Origin: a virus
Strand: one strand, 5' to 3'
DNA: 64,000 nucleotides
Virus record (IMG/VR): IMGVR_UViG_3300046499_000591
Coordinates: 15,198 to 79,197 of that record
The notes below the pieces were generated by a model. It worked only from the letters and a program-made list of their open reading frames with translations, searched no databases and had not been told where the DNA came from. Shown in pieces: positions 43,934 through 52,759 of this stretch. How positions within the stretch are numbered: position 1 is the first letter of the stretch; each line of letters opens with the position of its first letter. The position numbers and the translations under genes are program-made.

Positions 43934-45075
43934 GCCGCCAACTCCTTCGCCACGGCGCGCATCGTCTCCGCCTGCGGGCTGTCCGGCGCGTACTCAAGGA
44001 GCGGGATCTCGTAGTCGGACGACTCGCGGCCCTCCACGGAGTCCTTGAGGTGGGCCAGCACACCGGGCGTCGTGAGTTCGTTCCACGCGTCGTAGAACGA
44101 CCGGGTCACCGTGCCCTTACGGGAGTCGTACGCGTTGACGATGATGCCGAGCTGGTCGACGACGATGCCGGTCCGCTCGCACTGGGTGACGATCTGGTTG
44201 TTGAGGAGCTTGTACGCGCGGAACGACGACTTGTCGGCCCACACGGGGACGAGGACACCGGAGCGCTCCATCAGCTCACCCGGCCGGCGCTGCACGTAGT
44301 CGATGGCGAGGTCGAGGCCGAGCCCGAGGTTCGGCGGGCCGTCGAGGAGGACGACGTCGTAGTTGGCCTCGACGGGGGCGAGGGCGCGGGCGAGGCAGGT
44401 GTCCCGGCCGGCGCGCATGGAGGCGAGTTCGGCGTCCATGAGGAACGCGTCCTCGGAGGCCGGCAGTATGTGCAGCCGTCCACCGAACCGCTCGCCGTCG
44501 AGGGCGATGATGGACCGGGCGAGGTGCGTCGCGGCCTTGCCGAGCATGTGCTGGAGGAGGCTGTCGCCGCCGAGCGGAAGTTCGGCGACCTGGAGCCGGG
44601 CGGAGAGGTGGCCCTGCGGGTCGTAGTCGACGAGGAGGACGCGGAGCCCCATCTCGGCGAGGGCCTGGCCGACGCCGGCAGTGATGAACGTCTTTCCTAC
44701 GCCGCCCTTTTGATTGGCAATCAGGACGCGCTGCACCGGTTGCGACACGAGCCGGTGTTCCGGGGACGGGTGGGCCTTGAGCCACACCGTGACCGCTTGC
44801 GCCATGCCCTGGACCTTGGTGAGTCCGCGGGCGTCGCACTCGGCTTCGAAGCGTGCCGGGCCGCCGGGAGGGAGGAAGACGCCCCACGACTTGGCGCCCT
44901 CGACCGGGACCGCGTCGGCGGCCGGCGCGGCGTACCAGAGGTTGAGGGCGTGGGCGGCGGCGTCCTGGACGTTCACCCCGTGCTCGGCCGCACGGATCTT
45001 GAGGTCCCGCCGCATCGACGGCATGAGGTTGACAAGCAACTTCTCGCGCGCGTTGTCAGGTGTTTCGGTCGTCAT
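43930..45075 (-). CDS. parA: ParA Walker-type partition ATPase with N-terminal tandem RHH-like extension
   Basis: IANQKGGVGKT deviant Walker A; VLLVDYDPQG, YDVVLLDGPP and IPLLEYAP.S..AE motifs. Confidence 0.92.
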   Translation of the reverse strand: MTTETPDNAREKLLVNLMPSMRRDLKIRAAEHGVNVQDAAAHALNLWYAAPAADAVPVEGAKSWGVFLPPGGPARFEAECDARGLTKVQGMAQAVTVWLKAHPSPEHRLVSQPVQRVLIANQKGGVGKTFITAGVGQALAEMGLRVLLVDYDPQGHLSARLQVAELPLGGDSLLQHMLGKAATHLARSIIALDGERFGGRLHILPASEDAFLMDAELASMRAGRDTCLARALAPVEANYDVVLLDGPPNLGLGLDLAIDYVQRRPGELMERSGVLVPVWADKSSFRAYKLLNNQIVTQCERTGIVVDQLGIIVNAYDSRKGTVTRSFYDAWNELTTPGVLAHLKDSVEGRESSDYEIPLLEYAPDSPQAETMRAVAKELAA

Positions 45076-45500
45076 GGCGAGCAAATTACCAGTCTCGGTT
45101 CCGGATGCCGGTGGGACGCCACACAACGACACCGGAGGGTGACCCGGGCGGCCGAACGCGCGTACACATCGGGTGGCGTGGTGGGGTGGCGCGTTGCCGT
45201 GACGTCGCTCTACAATCACCCGCATGCCGGGGCTTTCCCCGGCGACCTTGAAGGACTCGGCCGTCCTCTTCGCTTGTGATTCATGTCGGCAAACCTGGGC
45301 ATGAGCGGAGGGGGCGGCTCCTTTATGCGTGATCACCTGCGGGTAAGGTGATCAGCCGTGCGTTACGAAGGGGACTAGACATCACGGAAACAGTGGCGGC
45401 CGGCAAGTCGGTCTGTCACCCTGCCGATAGGGATACCGGTAGTTTCGCGTTGTCTGCCCGCGGAGAAACGCCATTCCAGCTAAGCGTGAAGAGAGACCCG

Positions 45501-45908
45501 ATGCCTGCGACTGCGGCCCATCAGCCGGACGAGGGTGGTTCCGACCTGGCGCCAGTCGTTCCCCTCGCCGCCCGCCGCAGCTTGAAGAAGGCCGTGGCCG
45601 GCCCCGCCATGACCGGCGGTGACGTCGGCGTGGATACCGAACTTCGGGAGCAGGCAAGCCGGCACTGGGCGCAGGTGTTCGCCGCCGCCGGTGTCGACCT
45701 GGGCGCCCGCAACACGGCCGCCGTCATCTCGCTGGTCACCAAGGAGCTCGAGCGCCTGGTCGGCGGTCTCCTCGTTATCCGTGAGGGCCGCGGCGAGAGC
45801 CTGCCGGCCAACCCGGCCGCCGGCGTCGACCTCACGTCGGCGATGGAGATCGCGGGCGTGCTGCGGGACCTCGCGCACGCCGCGGACGTCGCGGCCAAGC
45901 GCCCCTGA
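45501..45908 (+). CDS. Hypothetical protein
   Basis: GAGAGA RBS; helical; divergent from parA. Confidence 0.55.
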   Translation: MPATAAHQPDEGGSDLAPVVPLAARRSLKKAVAGPAMTGGDVGVDTELREQASRHWAQVFAAAGVDLGARNTAAVISLVTKELERLVGGLLVIREGRGESLPANPAAGVDLTSAMEIAGVLRDLAHAADVAAKRP

Positions 45909-46184
45909 CGCACACTCGCTATTCGCCCGTCAACCCGTCAATAACGGGCACCTCGGGCATGGTTGTACGTGGCACGACCCCCCTTGGCTAAAAGCTAGCT
46001 AACGACTAGGTAAAGCCTTGGCTGTTGATTGAACATTCCCACACCCCGTCTCCACGACTCCTTCACTGCCTGGCAATATGTGCATGCCGACCGCGACCGG
46101 AACCGATCACTCCAACCACACGGAGTCACATAGGTAACGTCGCGCACCGGTGCCAACACGAAAACGAACACCGGGGGGCGTCAC

Positions 46185-46745
46185 ATGAGTCAACCGCAGC
46201 ACACGCACCAACGAGCCGCCCTCATCTACGGGATAGCCGCCGACCCGCACTGGGCCAGTGCCGGCGCCACCCGTATCGCCGGCGCCCTCGCCCTCCCCGA
46301 ACGCCGGGCGACCCGCACGAGCGCCGGCACCCCGTACAACCTCAGCGTCTACGACCTCGCGCTCGACCTCGACCGGGCGCTCGAGGAGTTCGCGCACCGG
46401 CACGGCGTCGACACCGAGATCCCCGCCGGCCGTACCGCGGTCGCCGCGTACGCCGCCAGCCTCGCCGAGCGCGACGACGCCACCCGCGTCGAATACGCCG
46501 AACTCCGTCTCACCCACGACCTCCGGGCCGCGCTGACGATCGGCGACGCCGACGACCTCCTCGGCAAACTCGCCTGCCCCGCGTGTCTGTGCTGGTCCCT
46601 CGTCGGCGTTCCCACCCCCTCCGCCGGCTGGGCCGCGACGTGCCGCATGCTCCGCTGCGCCGTCGAGCCCGACGTCCCCCGGGTGTTCACGCTCGCCGAG
46701 GTCGCCCGCCACCACATCGCCCACCGCGACGCCCGCGCCGCCTGA
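46185..46745 (+). CDS. Hypothetical protein with CPAC.C.SL Zn motif
   Basis: GGGGGG RBS; ACPACLCWSL...TCRMLRC. Confidence 0.65.
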   Translation: MSQPQHTHQRAALIYGIAADPHWASAGATRIAGALALPERRATRTSAGTPYNLSVYDLALDLDRALEEFAHRHGVDTEIPAGRTAVAAYAASLAERDDATRVEYAELRLTHDLRAALTIGDADDLLGKLACPACLCWSLVGVPTPSAGWAATCRMLRCAVEPDVPRVFTLAEVARHHIAHRDARAA

Positions 46746-46759
46746 ACGACCGGACCAAC

Positions 46760-47035
46760 GTGTACGACGCCGCACCCCGCCCGGGCTGCGTGACCGCCAC
46801 CTTCTTCAAGAGGGTGCCGCCCGACCTCATCTTGTGGGCCGAGGCGGAGGCCGTGGTCGCGACGAGCCCGCATCCCATGAGCGCCCGCGACCTGCGCCGC
46901 AAGTACAAGGCCGCCGACCGGCCCACCTACCGCAAGTTCGGTCAGCGCGGCGAGCACGTCAGCCGGTCCGCGCTCCTCGAGTTCCACCGCGACCTGGTCC
47001 ACGGATGGCTCACCGCCACCGGCCGGCGCATCTGA
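46760..47035 (+). CDS. Small excisionase-like DNA-binding protein
   Basis: Basic winged-helix-like pattern ...HVSRSALLEFHRD. Confidence 0.5.
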   Translation: MYDAAPRPGCVTATFFKRVPPDLILWAEAEAVVATSPHPMSARDLRRKYKAADRPTYRKFGQRGEHVSRSALLEFHRDLVHGWLTATGRRI

Positions 47036-47149
47036 CCCACCCGACCCGAAGGCCCCGCCCCGAATTCCCCCGGGGGCGGGGCCTTCGTCATGTCCGGGTC
47101 CCGTGTCCACACACGGACCAGGCCCGACCTGGGAAAACTCTCCCCGGCA

Positions 47150-47167
47150 CTGTTGCGCGCGCAACAG
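47150..47167. promoter_or_regulatory. Perfect 18-bp palindromic operator
   Basis: CTGTTGCGCGCGCAACAG. Confidence 0.8.
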
Positions 47168-47331
47168 GTACGCCTTAGTGTTGTCAGTGCCGACAGGGAA
47201 ACGGGGCCGACAACCCCGGGACCCGTAACCAACCCACCCCGGAGCAGGCCGGGCGGAGCGGTCGAGTACCGCCTCCCGCCCGCCCGGCCGCAGCACCCCA
47301 CGACTTCCACCCCGCGACGGGAGACCTCGCC

Positions 47332-47760
47332 ATGCCTGCAACACCCCCCGAGACGATCGCCGGCCACCTCCGCACCATGGCCGACGACATCGAGAAGTTC
47401 GGCCTCTGGACTGACGGCCCCAACTTCATCGACCCGGCCAGCGAGCGCCTGGACGTCCCCGCGGCCGCCTACAAGGCGACCGCCGGCGGCCTGCCGTTCC
47501 TCTTCGCCATCCCCACCTGGGACGCCTCGGTCGAGGCCCGCGCCTACATCGAGCGGACGCCGGCCGCGATGGACGTCCTCGGCGCCATCGCCGCGCACAT
47601 GGCGACCGTCCGGCCCGACGCCGACTGGGCCGACGACCCGATCGAGCGCCTGTCCGCATGGCCGGACCTCCTCGGCACCACCGAGGCCGAGATCCCCCAG
47701 ACCCTGCGCGACCTCGCGCTCTCCCTCACGACCGCCGCATCCGCGCCGGCCGCCGCGTAA
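47332..47760 (+). CDS. Hypothetical protein
   Basis: GGGAGA RBS; MADDIEKFGLWT...LDV.AAAYKA. Confidence 0.65.
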   Translation: MPATPPETIAGHLRTMADDIEKFGLWTDGPNFIDPASERLDVPAAAYKATAGGLPFLFAIPTWDASVEARAYIERTPAAMDVLGAIAAHMATVRPDADWADDPIERLSAWPDLLGTTEAEIPQTLRDLALSLTTAASAPAAA

Positions 47761-47784
47761 CACCCCGCAAGGAGCACAACCGAG

Positions 47785-48681
47785 ATGACCACAGCCCCCG
47801 TCCGCCCCACCACGGTCCGCCCGGTCACCAACCCGTTCACCCCGCCGGTCCCGGCCATGCCCGCCCCGGTCGTGAGCACCGTTTCCGCGCAGGTCGTGGC
47901 CGTGACCCCGGTCATCGCCCGGGAGTGGCTGCGGCTCAACAACCGCAACCGCGTCATACGGCCGGCCCGGGTCAACGCCTACGCCCGGCAGATGACGAAG
48001 GGACTGTGGACGGTCAACGGCGAAGCCATCAAGATCGCCACCAACAACGACATCCTCGACGGACAGCACCGCCTCCTCGCGGTCGTGAAGTCCGGCGTGA
48101 CCATTCACATCCTCGTCGTCACGGGCCTGCCCCCGGAGACCCAGGACACGATGGACGGCGGCGCGAAGCGGTCTTCCGGCGACGTCTTCGGCCTCCGCGG
48201 CGAGCAGAACGCCACGATCCTCGGCTCCGTCGCCCGCAAGGTGTGGCTCTACAACTCGGGCGACCGCCGGTTCTCCGCCGGCGAGAACCCCAGCACCCCC
48301 GAACTCGTGGCCCTCCTCGACGAGAACCCGGGCCTCCGCCGCTCCGCCGACATCGCGGTCCGCGTCTACCACTCCTTCCGCTACATCCCGCCGTCGGTCG
48401 TCGGGTGCGCCCACCACCTCTCGTCGCGCATCGACCCGGACGCCGCCGCCTGGTTCTACGAGCGCCTTGGCACCGGCGCTGAACTCGCCGTGCGCCACCC
48501 GGTCCTGACCCTGCGCAAGCGGGTCATGACCGACAAGGACAACAACAAGCTCGTGCCCGACGGCCTCCACCTCGCGCAGGTCCTCACCGCCTGGAACGCC
48601 GTCCGCGACGACAAGACCCTGGCCGCCATCAAGGTCCCGCTCGACAGCGACGGCAAGTTCCAGCTCGTCGACCCCAAGTAA
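47785..48681 (+). CDS. ParB-N/DGQHR-motif protein
   Basis: VTP..A.EWL..N..NR...YARQM..G.W..NGE.I...ILDGQHRL.AVV motif. Confidence 0.75.
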   Translation: MTTAPVRPTTVRPVTNPFTPPVPAMPAPVVSTVSAQVVAVTPVIAREWLRLNNRNRVIRPARVNAYARQMTKGLWTVNGEAIKIATNNDILDGQHRLLAVVKSGVTIHILVVTGLPPETQDTMDGGAKRSSGDVFGLRGEQNATILGSVARKVWLYNSGDRRFSAGENPSTPELVALLDENPGLRRSADIAVRVYHSFRYIPPSVVGCAHHLSSRIDPDAAAWFYERLGTGAELAVRHPVLTLRKRVMTDKDNNKLVPDGLHLAQVLTAWNAVRDDKTLAAIKVPLDSDGKFQLVDPK

Positions 48682-48698
48682 CCCGCCCGGAACGCCAC

Positions 48699-48728
48699 GG
48701 GCCGCCGCCCCTCGACCGGCGGCGGCCC
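48699..48728 (+). other. Intergenic hairpin with CCTCGACC loop
   Basis: GGGCCGCCGCC-CCTCGACC-GGCGGCGGCCC. Confidence 0.65.
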
Positions 48729-48758
48729 GGCCCCCGACACGCCCCCAAGGAGCAGCAC

Positions 48759-49307
48759 ATGAGCAAGAACATGAAGGCCCACGCCCTCGAGGAAGTCGTC
48801 CTCACCACCCTCCACGGGCAGATCGGCGACGTCATCAAGACGCACCGCTCCACCATGCAGGAGCACCTCGAGGACGCCGACGTCGAGTCGCTGGCCGTCC
48901 GCCTCCCCGACGGCACGAAGGTCGCGAAGATCGTCGCGACGGACCCGGACCCGAAGCCCGACGTCGTCGACGAGGACGCCCTCATCGCGTTCGTCGCCGA
49001 GCACGCCCCGGACGAGGTCGTGACCCGCACGGTCATCGTCAACGAGATCCGGCCGGCGTACCGCAACCAGCTCATCGACCAGATGACGAAGCGCAAGGCC
49101 GCCGAGATCGTCCTCGATGGCGGCGAGATCGTCGACGTCCCCGGCGTCCGCATGAAGGCCGCCACCCGCACCCACTCCGTGCGGTTCGAGGGAGGCGACG
49201 TCGGCAAGGCCTTGGTCGCCGCCGCCTGGTCCTCCGGCGCCTTCACCAACCTCGCCGGCCTCGCCGCCCTCACCACCGGCAGCGACACCACCGGCGGCGA
49301 GCAGTGA
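48759..49307 (+). CDS. Hypothetical protein
   Basis: AAGGAG RBS; LPDGTKVAK...VVDEDALIAFV...P.EV motif common in phage early genes. Confidence 0.7.
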   Translation: MSKNMKAHALEEVVLTTLHGQIGDVIKTHRSTMQEHLEDADVESLAVRLPDGTKVAKIVATDPDPKPDVVDEDALIAFVAEHAPDEVVTRTVIVNEIRPAYRNQLIDQMTKRKAAEIVLDGGEIVDVPGVRMKAATRTHSVRFEGGDVGKALVAAAWSSGAFTNLAGLAALTTGSDTTGGEQ

Positions 49308-49750
49308 ACGCCGGCGACACCCCCAAGAAGGTGCCGACCTCCGAGGAGGTCGGGCAGGCCCGCGCCTACCTCGCCGGCGTCGCCCACGGCTTCGGCCTCC
49401 TCATCGGGGACTGGATCGGCGTAGGTGACGGCACCGCACTGACGACCGACGCGGAGGGGACGACGCTCCTCTACACCGGCGACGAACTCCACCCGTTCGA
49501 CGCGGTCATCCCGTGCAACGTGCACCGCCGGCACCGCGTCGGCGTCACCTGGCCCGCCCAGCTCGACAAGGTCCGCGCATCCGTCGCCGAGTGCAGCGCA
49601 CACGCCGCGCCGCCGGCCCCGGCCGCCCCGCCGGCCGACGACCCGCCGACCACGACCCTGCGCGTCGTACCGACACCCACCCCGCTCTGGCTCATCACCG
49701 CGGCCGCTGAAACGCCCGGAACCGACCGTCAGCGGCACGCCGCCGGCTAA
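49304..49750 (+). CDS. Hypothetical protein
   Basis: GTGA overlap; C..H..H and C..H motifs. Confidence 0.6.
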   Translation: MNAGDTPKKVPTSEEVGQARAYLAGVAHGFGLLIGDWIGVGDGTALTTDAEGTTLLYTGDELHPFDAVIPCNVHRRHRVGVTWPAQLDKVRASVAECSAHAAPPAPAAPPADDPPTTTLRVVPTPTPLWLITAAAETPGTDRQRHAAG

Positions 49751-49768
49751 CCCGACCTCGGAGACCAC

Positions 49769-50272
49769 GTGACCGACACCATGCCCGCAGAGACCGACGT
49801 ACGCCCCGCCGGCCCCGCGTTCTCCCTCATCGTCTACGGCACGCCCGGCCCGCAGGGCAGCAAGAAGCCCACCGGACGGTACCGCCGGTCGAAGAAGGGC
49901 AACCTCGTCCCGGTCCTCGTCGAGTCGTCGGCGAAGGTCAAGCCGTGGCGCGAGGCCATCGAGGAGGCCGCCCGCGACGTCATCCGCGACGCCGGCCGGT
50001 ACGTGCCGCTCGACGGCCCGCTCGAGGCCGAGATGCACTTCACCCTCGTCGCCCCCAAGCGGATGCCGAAGGACCGCGTCGCCCACACCACGTACCCGGA
50101 CCTGTCCAAGTTGCTCCGCTCCACCGAGGACGCCCTCACCACCGCCGGCGTATGGGCCGACGACGCCCGCGTCATCCGCTACCGCGCACTGTCGAAGACG
50201 TACCCCAACCTCGGCCCCCACGCCCTCATGCGGCCCGGCGTCGTCCTCCACGTCTGGACGGCCACCCCGTGA
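49769..50272 (+). CDS. rusA: RusA-like Holliday junction resolvase
   Basis: GTPGPQGSK, ESSAKVKPWR and PDLSKLLRSTEDALT.AGVWADDARV motifs. Confidence 0.9.
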   Translation: MTDTMPAETDVRPAGPAFSLIVYGTPGPQGSKKPTGRYRRSKKGNLVPVLVESSAKVKPWREAIEEAARDVIRDAGRYVPLDGPLEAEMHFTLVAPKRMPKDRVAHTTYPDLSKLLRSTEDALTTAGVWADDARVIRYRALSKTYPNLGPHALMRPGVVLHVWTATP

Positions 50273-50748
50273 CCTCCCCCCGCACCGTGCGGACCGCGCC
50301 CGTCACCCCGGGCGCGGTCCCCACCGCCGCCATCTGGGCCTTCCGCGACCGCCTCGACCGGGTCGGCGAACACCGCATCTGGGCCGGCACCGCCGACAAG
50401 GGCACCACCCCGGTCCTCTACTCCGGCGACGTCCGTTACCCGGCCCGCCGGGTCGCATGGATCCTCCACCACGGCACCGAGCCCGTCGGCCTCGTCAAGG
50501 CCGGCTGCGGCATGGCGCTGTGTGTCCACGGCCCGCACCTCACCGACGACGTCACCCGCCAGCGCGAACGCGTCCTCTATGCCGCCCTCCACGGCATCAC
50601 CCTCGCCGGCCTCTGTGCCGCCGGCCGCCACGACCTCGCCGACTTCGGATACGTCCGCGCCGACGCGCACACCGAATGCCGCGGCTGCGACAACGCCCGC
50701 CGGCGCACCGCCACACGACACGACCAGGAAGGAGCCCGGGCCGCATGA
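50269..50748 (+). CDS. HNH-like / Zn-binding protein
   Basis: WAG....G.P...ARRVAW.L.HG...CG...CV.G.HL and C..GRH...C..C motifs. Confidence 0.55.
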   Translation: MTSPRTVRTAPVTPGAVPTAAIWAFRDRLDRVGEHRIWAGTADKGTTPVLYSGDVRYPARRVAWILHHGTEPVGLVKAGCGMALCVHGPHLTDDVTRQRERVLYAALHGITLAGLCAAGRHDLADFGYVRADAHTECRGCDNARRRTATRHDQEGARAA

Positions 50749-51605
50749 CCACCGCCGCCGCCCCCGTCGCCCGGATGGTGCGCAGCCTCCCCGCCGCCAC
50801 CCACGTCCGCGCCCTCCGCCACGCCGGCCGCACCGACCGCGACATCATCGCCGCGGCCCGGATCACCCACCCCCAGCAGCTGCGCCGCGCCCACCGCGGC
50901 GAGCCGATCGGGTGGGACGTCGAGCGCCGCATCCTCACCGTCGCCATACCGAACGAGGCCGCCCTGCACGTGCCGGTGTGGAACGTCGGCACCCGCCGCC
51001 GCATACGCGCCCTCCACGCCCTCGGCTGGCCGCTCGACGAACTCGCCACCGCCCTCGACTGGCCCCTGCACAAGATCGGCAACATCCTCGCCAGCTACCC
51101 CGTCCCCACCATGGACCACCTCGCGGTGTGCGCCCTCTACGACCAGCGCTGGATGTGGACCCCCGAGGACCACGGGATACCCGCCGACGAGGCCGAGCAG
51201 GCCCGCCTCGTCGCCCGTCTCGGGCAGTGCGCCTCCCCGCTCGCCTGGGACGACGACGACATCGACAACCCGAGTGCACGCCCCCGCACCGGCCCGACGA
51301 GGGACGGATACGGGGCCCCCGACCACGCCGCGGTCATCCGCTCCCTCGCCGGCGACACGGTCGCCATGTCCGGCCGCACCCGCACCCTCGCCATCGCATA
51401 CGCCGCCCGCTACCTCGACATGCCGTGGGACATCATGGCCGACCGCCTCGACATGGACGAGGCATCGCTGCGCCGCACCTGGGAGCGCATCAAGGCGCGC
51501 GTCCGGGCCGAGGCCGGCGGCGCCCCCACCTGGGTCGACGAACCCCGCTTCACCGACCCCGATTACATCGCCGCGGACCGGCGGCACATCAAGGCCGCGG
51601 CATGA
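50745..51605 (+). CDS. Multi-HTH DNA-binding protein
   Basis: HVRAL..AG, GTRRRIRAL.ALGWP...LA and PLAWDDDDIDNP motifs typical of actinophage early regulators. Confidence 0.65.
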   Translation: MTTAAAPVARMVRSLPAATHVRALRHAGRTDRDIIAAARITHPQQLRRAHRGEPIGWDVERRILTVAIPNEAALHVPVWNVGTRRRIRALHALGWPLDELATALDWPLHKIGNILASYPVPTMDHLAVCALYDQRWMWTPEDHGIPADEAEQARLVARLGQCASPLAWDDDDIDNPSARPRTGPTRDGYGAPDHAAVIRSLAGDTVAMSGRTRTLAIAYAARYLDMPWDIMADRLDMDEASLRRTWERIKARVRAEAGGAPTWVDEPRFTDPDYIAADRRHIKAAA

Positions 51606-51838
51606 CACCGGAGGAAGCGGAGCACGACCGGCGCGTCTCCTGCGTCACGAAGGTCTGGTTCACCACTCACGCCGAGGCCAAGCGGAACTGGAAGTGGCTT
51701 CGCAAGCAGCCCGGCCGGCACCACCTCGAGATCTACGAGTGCCGCTACTGCCCCAACTTCCACATCGGGAACCCGCCCGGATACCAGACGTACCGGCGCG
51801 CCGGATCACCGAACATCACCGGCCGCCCCGCGGCCTGA
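51602..51838 (+). CDS. Small Zn-binding protein
   Basis: C..K..F.T..EAK...IYECRYC..FHIG. Confidence 0.6.
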   Translation: MTPEEAEHDRRVSCVTKVWFTTHAEAKRNWKWLRKQPGRHHLEIYECRYCPNFHIGNPPGYQTYRRAGSPNITGRPAA

Positions 51839-51863
51839 ACACCCACAAGGAGCACACCGCCTC

Positions 51864-52421
51864 ATGGCCGGAGAAACCATCATCACCGTCGTCGGAAACC
51901 TCGTCGACGACCCCGAACTCCGCTTCACCCCGTCCGGCGCGGCCGTCGCCAAGTTCCGCGTCGCGTCGACCCCGCGCACCTTCGACCGGCAGACCAACGA
52001 GTGGAAGGACGGCGACAGCCTGTTCCTCACGTGCTCCGTGTGGCGCCAGGCCGCCGAGAACGCTGCCGAGTCCCTCCAGCGCGGCATGCGCGTCATCGTT
52101 CAGGGCCGCCTCAAGCAGCGGTCGTACGAGGACAACGAGGGCGTCAAGCGCACCGTGTACGAACTCGACGTCGAGGAGGTCGGCGCATCCCTGAAGAACG
52201 CCACCGCGAAGGTCGAGAAGGTCCGCCGGAACAACGAGGGATACGGCAACGGCGGCAGCGGTCAGCAGCAGTCGGCCGGCGGCGGCGGATGGAACGGCGG
52301 CGGCGGTCAGCAGCAGCCGGCCGGCGGCGGCGACCCGTGGGCCAGCCAGGCCCCGGCCGGCGGCGGCTGGAACGGCGGCGGCCAGCCGGCCGGCAACTAC
52401 TCCGACGAGCCCCCGTTCTAG
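51864..52421 (+). CDS. ssb: Single-stranded DNA-binding protein
   Basis: [25 protein letters not shown]...DEPPF acidic tail. Confidence 0.97.
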   Translation: MAGETIITVVGNLVDDPELRFTPSGAAVAKFRVASTPRTFDRQTNEWKDGDSLFLTCSVWRQAAENAAESLQRGMRVIVQGRLKQRSYEDNEGVKRTVYELDVEEVGASLKNATAKVEKVRRNNEGYGNGGSGQQQSAGGGGWNGGGGQQQPAGGGDPWASQAPAGGGWNGGGQPAGNYSDEPPF

Positions 52422-52630
52422 TGGCCGGCGCGCACGACCCCGGGGCCGGCTGCGACACCGGCCGGCCCCTCTGCGGGAAGCCCGCCCGCTTCTACCCCGC
52501 CGGCTGGCGCTGCGACGAACACCGCCCGACCGCCTACCGGTACGCCGCCCCGCCGACGGCGACGCAGCGCGGCGTACCGCTGGTGTCCGGCGTCGCCGGC
52601 CAGCCGCAGGCCACGACCCTCAGCAAGTAA
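52421..52630 (+). CDS. Small Cys/His protein
   Basis: C...CG.PAR.YPAGWRC.EH.P motif. Confidence 0.55.
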   Translation: MAGAHDPGAGCDTGRPLCGKPARFYPAGWRCDEHRPTAYRYAAPPTATQRGVPLVSGVAGQPQATTLSK

Positions 52631-52692
52631 CACCGCAGTTCACAGGCCCGGTCACCCCGTGTGGGAGGCCGGGCCGCAGTGCGTTCGAACCC

Positions 52693-52721
52693 TTGCCATC
52701 CTGTTGCGCGCGCAATAGTTT
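52693..52721 (+). promoter_or_regulatory. Promoter with operator between -35 and -10
   Basis: TTGCCA, 17 nt containing CTGTTGCGCGCGCAA, then TAGTTT. Confidence 0.75.
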
Positions 52722-52759
52722 TAGGGGGCCGACATGAAACCCAGGAGGGACCCCCCCCA

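Noticed and set aside
46014-46030. Partial match of the array-2 spacer seed (CTTGGCTG) in an AT-rich promoter region; a similar match near 38565
   Set aside because: An 8-nt match is expected by chance in 128 kb of both strands, and no longer self-target for either spacer was seen by eye.
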